DNA from: Candidatus Methylomirabilota bacterium
GTDB taxonomy: Bacteria; Methylomirabilota; Methylomirabilia; Rokubacteriales; CSP1-6
Length of the DNA stretch: 64,000 nucleotides
Direction of reading: 5' to 3'
Assembly (NCBI GenBank): GCA_036265915.1
Contig: DATAOC010000046.1
Location: 4,787-68,786 of the forward strand
The notes beneath the pieces are model-generated. The model was given only the letters and a program-made list of their open reading frames with translations. It did not search any database and was not told the DNA's origin. Below, piece by piece: positions 1 to 8,895 of the stretch. Numbering within the stretch: the stretch's first letter is position 1; each line of letters starts with the position of its first letter. Both the position numbers and the translations under genes were made by a program.

Positions 1-234
1 TCGACGAGAACATGGCGGGGCTGAACCAGACGGAGGTGGAGACGGCGGTGGCGCTGCTGCGCCGCGTCCGCGAGCGCGGCCGGACGCTCGTGGTGACCGA
101 GCACATCATGCGCGCGATCCTCGGCCTGGCCGACCGCGTGGTGGTGCTGAACTATGGCGAGAAGATCGCCGAGGGGCGGCCGGCCGATGTGATGCGGGAT
201 GCCGCCGTCGTGAAGGCATACCTGGGCGAAGCAC

Positions 235-242
<8 letters not shown>
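1..242 (+). CDS. livG: Branched-chain amino acid ABC transporter ATP-binding protein, C-terminal fragment (5' end outside window)
   Basis: The frame of ORF 12..242 stays open to the window edge. The C-terminal ABC-ATPase sequence (TLVVTEHIMRAILGLADRVVVLNYGEKIAEG) resembles LivG/BraF. It overlaps the downstream LivF-like gene by 8 nt. Confidence 0.75.
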
Positions 243-960
<718 letters not shown>

Positions 961-966
961 GGCGCC

Positions 967-1860
967 ATGAAACCACCGCGCTTCGATTACGTGGCGCCGC
1001 GCTCGCTGGACGAGGCGCTCGGCATCCTGGCCGAGCATGGTGAGGACACCAAGGTGCTGGCCGGCGGCCAGAGCCTGGTGCCGCTGCTCAACTTTCGCCT
1101 GGTCCGCCCGGCGCACCTGCTGGACCTCAACGACATTCCCGGCCTCGACGGCATCCGCGTGGCCGACGGCCGTCTCGTGATCGGCGCCATGGCGCGGCAG
1201 CGCGCGGTCGAGACCTCCGGCCTCGTGCGCGAGCGGTGCCCGCTGCTGGCGGACGCCATGCCGCAGATCGGCCACGTGCAGATCCGCAATCGCGGGACGG
1301 TGGGCGGCAGCCTCGCGCACGCGGATCCGGCCGGCGAGCTGCCGGCCGTGGTGGCGGCGCTGGACGGCGAGCTCGTCCTCCGCAGCGCGCGCGGCGAGCG
1401 GCGGCTGGCGCCCGACCGCTTCTTCGTCTCCTATCTGGCCACCGCCATCGAGCCGGACGAGCTGCTCGTCGAGGCGCGGCTGCCCGTGGCTCCCGCGCGC
1501 ACCGGCACCGCGTTCGTGGAGGTGAGCCGCCGCCACGGCGATTTCGCGCTGGTCGGGGTGGCGGCCAGCGTCACCGTTGACGACGGCGGTGTGTGCACCG
1601 CCGCCGCCGTGGCGCTCACGGGCGTGGGACCGACGCCGGTGGCGGCGCGCGACGCGGCGCGGGCACTCGTGGGCGTGAAGCCGACGCCGGCGGCCATCGA
1701 GGACGTCGGCCGCCGGGTGGCGGCGCCACTGACGCCCGATAGCGATCTCCACGCCTCCAGCGACTATCGCAAGCACCTCGCGGCCGTGCTCACCCGTCGC
1801 GCGCTGACGCGCGCGGCGGCCCGCATCGCCGAGGGCGACCTCACCGGGGAGCGTCGATGA
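967..1860 (+). CDS. Molybdenum hydroxylase FAD-binding (medium) subunit, CoxM/CutM-like
   Basis: 297-aa ORF with FAD-binding molybdopterin-dehydrogenase pattern (KVLAGGQSLVPLLNFR, RNRGTVGGSLAHADP). It overlaps the next gene by 4 nt. Confidence 0.9.
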   Translation: MKPPRFDYVAPRSLDEALGILAEHGEDTKVLAGGQSLVPLLNFRLVRPAHLLDLNDIPGLDGIRVADGRLVIGAMARQRAVETSGLVRERCPLLADAMPQIGHVQIRNRGTVGGSLAHADPAGELPAVVAALDGELVLRSARGERRLAPDRFFVSYLATAIEPDELLVEARLPVAPARTGTAFVEVSRRHGDFALVGVAASVTVDDGGVCTAAAVALTGVGPTPVAARDAARALVGVKPTPAAIEDVGRRVAAPLTPDSDLHASSDYRKHLAAVLTRRALTRAAARIAEGDLTGERR

Positions 1861-2342
1861 ACGAGCGCAGCATCCGCGTGACCGTGAACGGGCGAGCGTA
1901 CGAGCGCACGGTGGAGGTCCGCAAGACGCTCGCCGACTTCCTTCGCGACGATCTGGACCTCACCGGCACGCATCTCGGGTGCGAGCACGGCGTATGCGGC
2001 GCCTGCACCGTGATCGTCGACGGCGCCGCCGTACGCTCCTGTCTCATGTTCGCCGCGCAGGTCCACGAGCACGAGATCCACACCGTGGAGGGTCTCGCCG
2101 ACGGCGAGCGCCTGAATCCCCTGCAGGAGGCCTTCCACCAGCATCACGGGCTGCAGTGCGGCTTCTGCACGCCGGGCTTCCTCATGACGCTCACGTGCTT
2201 TCTTCGCGAGTGCCCGAACCCCACCGAGGCGCAGGTCCGGGAGGCCATCTCGGGCAACCTGTGCCGCTGCACCGGCTACAAGAACATCGTGGCGGCGGCG
2301 CTGGCGGCGGCCCGCACGCTCGGCGCCGCGGCAAGGAGCTGA
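1857..2342 (+). CDS. Molybdenum hydroxylase [2Fe-2S] (small) subunit, CoxS/CutS-like
   Basis: 161-aa ORF with two cluster motifs, GCEHGVCGACTV and CGFCTPGF...CRCTGY. Confidence 0.92.
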   Translation: MNERSIRVTVNGRAYERTVEVRKTLADFLRDDLDLTGTHLGCEHGVCGACTVIVDGAAVRSCLMFAAQVHEHEIHTVEGLADGERLNPLQEAFHQHHGLQCGFCTPGFLMTLTCFLRECPNPTEAQVREAISGNLCRCTGYKNIVAAALAAARTLGAAARS

Positions 2343-2343
2343 C

Positions 2344-3330
2344 ATGATGATGCGAACGACGCGCGCGCTGCTCGCGCTGTGCCTGCTGTTGCTGCCGGCG
2401 GCGTCCCGACCCGCGGCGGCGGCCGAGGAGCTGACGCTGCTGACCACGGTCACGCGCGTGGTGAATCTGCCGATGCTGGTGGCGCTCCGGCTGCTGGAGC
2501 GCGAGGACGGCGTGCGGGTCGCGGTGAAGGACCTGCGCTCCCCGGAAGCGGTCATGCTCGCCGTCATCGAGGGCCAGGGACAGGTCGCCACCGGCTTCGC
2601 GCCGTTCTACCCGGCCGTCGAGAAGGGGGCGCCCGTGCGCGGCGTGCTCGAGCTGTCGCTCCCCGAGTTCGTCGTGATGGCCAAGAAGGAGATCGGCAGC
2701 GTCAAGGCGTTGAACGGTGTCCGTCTCGCCTCGCACTCGCCGAAGGCCACCGTGCAGTCGCTGCTGGAGTTCTATCTCAAGAGCCAGCCCGGAGTGCAGC
2801 CCAACGTGGTGTTCATCCCCGAGGGCTCGCCGGCGCGCGCGCAGGCGCTCCTGAACGGAGCCGTCGACGCCGCGGCATTCGATCTGTCGGCGGCCCAGGT
2901 CGTGAACGAGCGGGCGCCCGGCAAGTTTCACGTGCTGATCGACTTCACCGACCAGCCGGTGTCGTCGAGCTCGCTCGTCGTCAATCAGGAGTTCGCGCGC
3001 AAGCGACCGGAAGTCGTCGTCAGGCTCGTGCGCCGGCTGCTCCAGTCCTATCGCGAGGGCGCTCGCGATCCCCGGTTCTGGATCCGCGAGCGTGGCGACG
3101 CGCTGAAGGAGCTGGACGACGCCCGGCTCGAGAGCCAGCTGCGCGCGCTCGTGAAGATCTTCGACCTCAACGGCGGTCTCGATCGCATGAGAGGCCCCGG
3201 GGCCGTGGAGAACCTCGCGTTCCAGGTGGCCACCGGGAACCTCTCGGGGCCGGCATCGAAGTGGAAGCCCGAGCAGTTCTTCGACACCGCGCCGCTCCAG
3301 GCCGTGCTCCGGGATCTCGGCAGGCAGTAG
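2344..3330 (+). CDS. ABC transporter substrate-binding protein, NMT1/THI5-like (NitT/TauT family)
   Basis: 328-aa ORF with a signal peptide (MMMRTTRALLALCLLLLPAASRPAAAA). It is the first gene of a binding protein-permease-ATPase-permease block. Family assignment is by sequence resemblance only. Confidence 0.75.
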   Translation: MMMRTTRALLALCLLLLPAASRPAAAAEELTLLTTVTRVVNLPMLVALRLLEREDGVRVAVKDLRSPEAVMLAVIEGQGQVATGFAPFYPAVEKGAPVRGVLELSLPEFVVMAKKEIGSVKALNGVRLASHSPKATVQSLLEFYLKSQPGVQPNVVFIPEGSPARAQALLNGAVDAAAFDLSAAQVVNERAPGKFHVLIDFTDQPVSSSSLVVNQEFARKRPEVVVRLVRRLLQSYREGARDPRFWIRERGDALKELDDARLESQLRALVKIFDLNGGLDRMRGPGAVENLAFQVATGNLSGPASKWKPEQFFDTAPLQAVLRDLGRQ

Positions 3331-4064
3331 TGGTCCTCGCCCTGCGCGCGGGGTCGGTGCTCGGCTTCCTCCTGCTGTGGGAGTGGGCCGCGCGCGTGCC
3401 GATCAGCTTCAACTTTCCGTCGCCGGGCGCGACCGTCGTGGCCATGCTCGCGCTGCTGCGCTCGGGGGCGCTGCTGGCGGCGACGGCGACCAGTCTGCAG
3501 TCGCTCGCGCTCGGCTTCGGCGCCGCCCTCGCGGTCGGCGTGCCGCTCGGCCTGCTCATGGGCGTGGTGCGGCCCATCGGCCGCGTGGCGCGCGTCTACC
3601 TCGACCTGCTCATCGCGCTGCCGGCGGCGGCGCTCGTGCCGCTGGTGATCCTGTCGGTCGGCGTCAACATCGTCTCCTCGGCCGTCATCGTGTTCGTGTT
3701 CAGCGTGCCGTTCGTGGCGATGAACGCGTACGGCGGCGTGCGCGACGTGCGTCCGCGGCTCGTGGAGATGGCGCGCGCCTTCGACGCCTCGCGCTGGCAG
3801 GTCTTCGTGCGCATCGTCCTGCCGAGCGCGACGCCGATGCTGCTGGCCGGCATCCGCTACGCGCTGTCGCGCGCGTTCGTGGGGCTCATCGTCGCCGAGC
3901 TGCTGCTGTCGCCGTTCGGCCTCGGCCGGCTCATCATGACCGCGCGCTCGATGTTCGAGCACGACCGCATGTTCGCCACGGTGCTGTGGACGCTGCTGCT
4001 GTCCGGCGCCGCGCTGGCCGCGCTGGCCCGCGTCGAGGCGCGGCTGCTCCGGTGGCGCGTGTGA
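3330..4064 (+). CDS. ABC transporter permease (NitT/TauT family)
   Basis: The GTG at 3330 shares one nt with the upstream TAG stop. 244 aa, hydrophobic multi-TM sequence inside listed ORF 2379..4064. Confidence 0.85.
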   Translation: MVLALRAGSVLGFLLLWEWAARVPISFNFPSPGATVVAMLALLRSGALLAATATSLQSLALGFGAALAVGVPLGLLMGVVRPIGRVARVYLDLLIALPAAALVPLVILSVGVNIVSSAVIVFVFSVPFVAMNAYGGVRDVRPRLVEMARAFDASRWQVFVRIVLPSATPMLLAGIRYALSRAFVGLIVAELLLSPFGLGRLIMTARSMFEHDRMFATVLWTLLLSGAALAALARVEARLLRWRV

Positions 4065-4831
4065 GTGACGCCGGGGTCGCGGCCGTTCCGATCGCCATCA
4101 CCGGCGTGTCGAAGGCGTTCGGCCCGGTGCAGGCGCTCGCGGACGTCGACATGAGCGTGCGCGCGGGCGAGTTCGTCAGCGTGATCGGTCCGAGCGGCTG
4201 CGGCAAGACCACGCTGCTCAAGATCGTCGCCGGGCTCGTCTCCGCGGACGCGGGACGGGTCACCGTCGGCGACCGCACCGTGCGAGGGCCCGGGCGCGAG
4301 TGCAGCGTGGTCTTCCAGGACTTCGCGCTGCTGCCGTGGAGCAGCGCGCAGAAGAACGTGGAGTTCGGCCTGCTCCTGCAGGGGGTGGCGCCCGCCGTGC
4401 GCCAGGAGCGCGCCCGTCGGGCCATCGCGCGCGTCGGCCTCACGGGCTTCGAGGCGGCGTATCCGGCGCAGCTCTCCGGCGGGATGCAGCAGCGCGTGGG
4501 CCTCGCGCGCGCGCTCGCCGTCAATCCGCAGGTGCTGCTGCTCGACGAGCCGTTCGCGTCGATCGACGAGCAGACGCGGCGCGTGCTGCAGGACGACCTG
4601 CTGCGCGTCTGGTCCGACGAGCGCAAGACCGTCGTCCTGGTGACTCACAGCATGGACGAGGCGATCTATCTCTCCGACCGCGTGGTCGTGCTCAGCCCGC
4701 GGCCCGGCCGCGTGCACCAGGTGCTCGACGTCCCGCTGCCGCGGCCGCGGGAGCTCGGCGACGTGCGGGCCTCGGCCGCGTTCGCCGGCCTCGTCGACGG
4801 GCTCTGGAAGATGCTGAGGAAGCTGCAGTGA
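4061..4831 (+). CDS. ABC transporter ATP-binding protein (NitT/TauT family)
   Basis: The GTG at 4061 overlaps the permease stop (GTGA). 256 aa with Walker A GPSGCGKTT, LSGGMQQR and LLLDEPF. Confidence 0.9.
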   Translation: MSDAGVAAVPIAITGVSKAFGPVQALADVDMSVRAGEFVSVIGPSGCGKTTLLKIVAGLVSADAGRVTVGDRTVRGPGRECSVVFQDFALLPWSSAQKNVEFGLLLQGVAPAVRQERARRAIARVGLTGFEAAYPAQLSGGMQQRVGLARALAVNPQVLLLDEPFASIDEQTRRVLQDDLLRVWSDERKTVVLVTHSMDEAIYLSDRVVVLSPRPGRVHQVLDVPLPRPRELGDVRASAAFAGLVDGLWKMLRKLQ

Positions 4832-5565
4832 AGGGCGATCGCTTCGCCGGGGTGACCGCGGTGGTGGCGCTCGCGCTCGCCTGGGAGCTGGTGGGCCGCC
4901 TCGACCTCTCGCTGTTCCTGCCGCCACTGTCGCGCGTGCTCGTGGCCTGGTGGCGGTTGCTCGGGGACGGCACGCTCGCGCGCGCGGCCGGCTCGAGCCT
5001 CGGCTCGCTCGTGAAGGGCTTCGTGCCGGCGGCGGTCCTCGGCGTCATGGTGGGGCTGGCGATGGGACGGTTCCGGCCCGTGCGGCTGGTGCTCGACGGC
5101 TGGGTCAACGCGCTGATGGCCGCCCCGCTGTCCGCGCTGGTGCCGATCCTCATCGCGCTGTTCGGCCTGCGCGACACGGTGGTGGCCGCGACGGTGTTCA
5201 CCTTCGCGTTCTTCGTCGTCGTGGTCAACACCGCCGCCGGCGTGCGCGGTACCGAGCGCTCGCTCGTCGAGATGGCGCGGGCGTTCGGCGCCGGGGAGGG
5301 CGCGCTGTTCGCGCGGATCTATCTGCCGGCCGCGCTGCCCGCCATCATGCTGGGGCTGCGGCTCGGCGTGGTGCAGGCGGTCAAGGGCATGGTCGTCGGG
5401 GAGATGCTGATCTCGCTGGTCGGCCTCGGCGAGCGGCTGATCTACTACGGCAACACCTTCCTGATCACCGAGCTGTACGCGGTCATCCTGTCCGTGCTCG
5501 TGGTGGCCGTGGTGGCGGCACAGCTCGCCCAGGCCTGTGACCGCGCGCTGGTGCGCTGGACCTGA
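4828..5565 (+). CDS. ABC transporter permease (second permease of the same system)
   Basis: The GTG at 4828 overlaps the ATPase stop (GTGA). 245 aa, multi-TM, paralogous to 3330..4064. Confidence 0.85.
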   Translation: MKGDRFAGVTAVVALALAWELVGRLDLSLFLPPLSRVLVAWWRLLGDGTLARAAGSSLGSLVKGFVPAAVLGVMVGLAMGRFRPVRLVLDGWVNALMAAPLSALVPILIALFGLRDTVVAATVFTFAFFVVVVNTAAGVRGTERSLVEMARAFGAGEGALFARIYLPAALPAIMLGLRLGVVQAVKGMVVGEMLISLVGLGERLIYYGNTFLITELYAVILSVLVVAVVAAQLAQACDRALVRWT

Positions 5566-5569
5566 GCCG

Positions 5570-6583
5570 ATGACGGTCGACGTCCACATTCACTTCCTGT
5601 CGCCGCTGGCGCTCGATGCCGCGCGCCGGACGCCGGACGGCCTGGGGGTGCGCGTGCTGGACGACGGCCCTCGGCCGCGGCTGGTGGTCGGCGACGAGGC
5701 GCCGACACGGCCGCTGCTCGAGGCGCTGTACACGCTCGACGCCCACACGCGGTTCCTGGACGCGCAGGGAATCGACACGGCGCTCTTCGGCCCGCTCATG
5801 GACGTGGCCGGCTACGCGCTGCCGCCGGCGCAGGCGGCACGCTGGAGCCGCGCGCAGAACGAGGCGCTGGCGGAGACGCTGAACGGCGCCGGCGACCGCC
5901 ACGCCGGCCTGGCCGCGGTGCCGCTGCAGGACCCTGCTCTCGCGGCGGCCGAGCTGCGCTTCGCCGTCGGCTCGCTCGCGCTCCGCGGCGCCATGATCGA
6001 TCCCAACGCGCTCGGCCGGCCGCTCGGCGACCGGGCCTTCGACCCGTTCTGGGCGGCCGCCGCCGACCTCGAGGCACCGGTCGTGCTCCATCCGTTCCTG
6101 CTCGAGGCCGTGGAGCGCTTCGGGCGACACTATCTGCACAACCTCGTCGGTTACCCGTTCGAGACGACGCTGGCCGCGGCCAGCCTGATCCTGGGCGGCG
6201 CGCTCGATCGCTTCCCCGGGTTGCAGGTGGTCCTCGTGCACGGCGGCGGCTTCCTGCCCTATCACATCGGTCGGTTCGATCGTGGACACGTGACGCGGCC
6301 GGAGGCGCGCGCCGACGGCGCCGGGGTGCCGAGCGGCTATCTGCGGCGCTTCCACTACGACACGCTGCTGCAGTCGCCGCCGGCGCTGGCGTACCTCGTG
6401 AGGCTGGTCGGCGACGATCGCGTGCTGCTGGGCAGCGATCATCCGTTCTGGCTCGGCGATCCCGAGCCCGGGCGCATCGTGCGCGCGGCGGGGCTCTCGC
6501 CGGCAGCGGAGGCCAGGATCCTCGGCGACAACGCGGTGCGTCTCTTCCATCTCGCGCACGCGGCGCGCGGATCTCGCACATGA
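5570..6583 (+). CDS. Amidohydrolase_2 / ACMSD-family metal-dependent hydrolase or decarboxylase
   Basis: ATG at 5570 (MTVDVHIHF), 337 aa. It has an N-terminal HxH, an internal VVLVHGGG and a C-terminal GSDHPF, as in the ACMSD/LigW/IDCase family. Confidence 0.85.
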   Translation: MTVDVHIHFLSPLALDAARRTPDGLGVRVLDDGPRPRLVVGDEAPTRPLLEALYTLDAHTRFLDAQGIDTALFGPLMDVAGYALPPAQAARWSRAQNEALAETLNGAGDRHAGLAAVPLQDPALAAAELRFAVGSLALRGAMIDPNALGRPLGDRAFDPFWAAAADLEAPVVLHPFLLEAVERFGRHYLHNLVGYPFETTLAAASLILGGALDRFPGLQVVLVHGGGFLPYHIGRFDRGHVTRPEARADGAGVPSGYLRRFHYDTLLQSPPALAYLVRLVGDDRVLLGSDHPFWLGDPEPGRIVRAAGLSPAAEARILGDNAVRLFHLAHAARGSRT

Positions 6584-8895
6584 CGGAGGCGATCGGTCGG
6601 TCGGTGCTGCGCCAGGAAGACCGCCGGCTGCTGAGCGGTCGCGGCCGGTACGCGGGCGACTTCCGGCTGCCCGGCATGCTGCACGGGGCCGTGCTCCGCT
6701 CGCCGCATGCGCACGCGCGGCTCGGCGCCATCCGGTGCGCGGCGGCGCGGGCGCTGCCCGGCGTGATGGCGGTGATCACGGCGCAGGACCTGGGCGCGAT
6801 CGGCCGCATCCCGGTGCGTCTGGGCCCGCGCCCGAGCATCGTGGCATGCCTGCAGCCGCCGCTGGCGCGTGACAAGGTCCGCTACGTCGGCGAGCCCGTC
6901 GCCTTCGTCGTCGCCGACAGCCGCTACGTCGCCGAGGACGCGCTGGAGCTGATGGAGGTCGACTACGATCCACTGCCGAGCGTGGCCGACGCGCGGCAGG
7001 CGGTCGAGCCCGGCGCGCCCGTGCTGCACGACGCGATCGGCGGCAACGTGGTGGCCACGCTCGACACGCGTCGCGGCGACGCCGACGCCGCGATGGCGAC
7101 GGCCCACACCCGCGTGCGCGAGCGCCTGGCCGTGCAGCGGCACACCGGCGTCCCGCTCGAGACGCGCGGTCTCACCGCGGCCTTCGACGCCGGCACCGGC
7201 GTGCTGCGGCTCTGGGGCGTGGCCAAGGTGCCGCACTTCAACCGCCGCGTGCTCGCCGACCTGCTCGAGTATCCCGAGCACCTCATCCAGTTCGTCGAGC
7301 TGGAGGTCGGCGGCGGCTTCGGCATACGGGGCGAGTTCTATCCGGAGGACCTGCTGGTGCCGTGGACGGCCATGCGCCTGCAGCGGCCGGTGCAGTGGAT
7401 CGAGGACCGCCGCGAGCACCTCATGGCGGCCAACCATTCGCGACAGCAGTGGCACGAGACCGAGATGGGCTTCGACGCCGGCGGACGCCTGGTGGCGCTG
7501 ATCGATCGATTCATCACCGACATGGGCGGCTACATCCGCACGCACGGGGTGCTGGTGCCGGAGCTCACCGGCGCCCTGCTGCCGGGGCCGTACCGCATTC
7601 CGCACTACCTGTCCGAGATCCGGTGCGTGCTCACGAACAAGACGCCGACCGGCACCTATCGGGGTCCCGGACGATTCGAGTGCACGTTCGTGCGCGAGCG
7701 GCTGATGGACATCGCCGCCGCGCGGCTCGGCATCGACCGGCTCGAGCTCCGGCGGCGCAACTTCGTGACGCCGGCCGAGATGCCCTACGAGGTCGGCGGG
7801 GCGTCGCTCAACCAGAAGACGGTCTACGACTGCGGCGACTACGCGTCCGCGCTCGACCACGCGCTCGACGCGCTCGACCACTCGCGCGCGCGCCGCGAGC
7901 AGGCGGAGGCCCGGCGGCAGGGGCGCTATGTCGGCATCGGGGTCGCGTGCCTGGTCGAGAAAGCGGGGCTGGGCCCCTGGGAGTACGCGCGGGTCGAGGT
8001 CGACGCCACCGGCCACGTCGTCGTCTACTCCGGCGTCGCCGCCGTCGGGCAGGGCATCGACACGACGCTGGCCCAGGTCTGCGCGGACGCGCTGAGCCTG
8101 CCGCCCGAGCGCATCAGCGTGGTCCACGGCGACAGCGCGCGGGTGCCGTTTGGCGTGGGCGGCTTCGCCAGCCGCGGCGCCTCGGTGGCGCTGCCGGCGG
8201 CGGCGGCCGCCGCGCGCAAGGTGCGCGACAAGATTCTCCGAGTGGCGGCCGCGACGCTCGAGGCCGCGCCCGAGGATCTCGTCCTTTCCGACGGCGCGGT
8301 GCACGTGCGCGGCGTGCCGGATCGGCGCGCCACGTTCAGAGACCTCGCGCGCGCGGCGATTCCCGGGCCGCCGGGCATGGAGCCCGGGCTCTACGCGACC
8401 GATTTCTTCCAGGCGCCGAAGATGACGTATCCGTACGGCACCCACGCGGCGCTGGTGGAGGTCGACGGTGAAACGGGCGAGGTGAAGATCCTGCGTTACG
8501 CCATCGCCTACGACATCGGCCGCGCGGTGAACCCGATGATCGTGGACGGCCAGCTGGTCGGCGCCCTCGCCCAGGGCATCGGCGGCGCCCTGCTCGAGGA
8601 GCTCGTGTACGACGAGCAGGGACAGCTGCTCACCAGCACGCTGATGGACTATCTGATGCCGACGGCGATGGAGATGCCGGCGGTGACCGCCGTGCGGATT
8701 CTCGAGGAGACGCCGACGCCGCTGAACCCGCTCGGCGTCAAGGGCGCGGGCGAGGGCGGCAGCTCGGGATGCGGCGGCGCCATCGCCAACGCGGTGGCGG
8801 ACGCGCTGGCCCCGCTCGGGGTGGCCATCACCGCGCTGCCGCTCACACCGGACCGGCTCTCGGCGCTGATGCGCGCCGCGCGCGGCGAGGCCTGA
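6580..8895 (+). CDS. Molybdopterin-binding large subunit of xanthine dehydrogenase/CoxL family (paralog 1)
   Basis: 771-aa ORF with GRGRYAGD N-terminus, GGGFG, active-site-loop region TGTYRGPGRFE and C-terminal KGAGEGG. It overlaps the upstream gene by 4 nt. Confidence 0.9.
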   Translation: MTEAIGRSVLRQEDRRLLSGRGRYAGDFRLPGMLHGAVLRSPHAHARLGAIRCAAARALPGVMAVITAQDLGAIGRIPVRLGPRPSIVACLQPPLARDKVRYVGEPVAFVVADSRYVAEDALELMEVDYDPLPSVADARQAVEPGAPVLHDAIGGNVVATLDTRRGDADAAMATAHTRVRERLAVQRHTGVPLETRGLTAAFDAGTGVLRLWGVAKVPHFNRRVLADLLEYPEHLIQFVELEVGGGFGIRGEFYPEDLLVPWTAMRLQRPVQWIEDRREHLMAANHSRQQWHETEMGFDAGGRLVALIDRFITDMGGYIRTHGVLVPELTGALLPGPYRIPHYLSEIRCVLTNKTPTGTYRGPGRFECTFVRERLMDIAAARLGIDRLELRRRNFVTPAEMPYEVGGASLNQKTVYDCGDYASALDHALDALDHSRARREQAEARRQGRYVGIGVACLVEKAGLGPWEYARVEVDATGHVVVYSGVAAVGQGIDTTLAQVCADALSLPPERISVVHGDSARVPFGVGGFASRGASVALPAAAAAARKVRDKILRVAAATLEAAPEDLVLSDGAVHVRGVPDRRATFRDLARAAIPGPPGMEPGLYATDFFQAPKMTYPYGTHAALVEVDGETGEVKILRYAIAYDIGRAVNPMIVDGQLVGALAQGIGGALLEELVYDEQGQLLTSTLMDYLMPTAMEMPAVTAVRILEETPTPLNPLGVKGAGEGGSSGCGGAIANAVADALAPLGVAITALPLTPDRLSALMRAARGEA

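Noticed and set aside
5537-5569. Upstream in-frame extensions of several listed ORFs. Examples are 5537 for the amidohydrolase, 8769 for large subunit 2, 12210 for binding protein B, 35039 for tag, 43609 for the Rieske gene, 53079 for miaB, 54842 for the FBPase homolog and 63769 for guaB3.
   Set aside because: The extensions overlap the preceding gene or lack ribosome-binding sites. The internal starts coincide with family-typical N-termini, signal peptides, stop/start overlaps or strong Shine-Dalgarno sequences.
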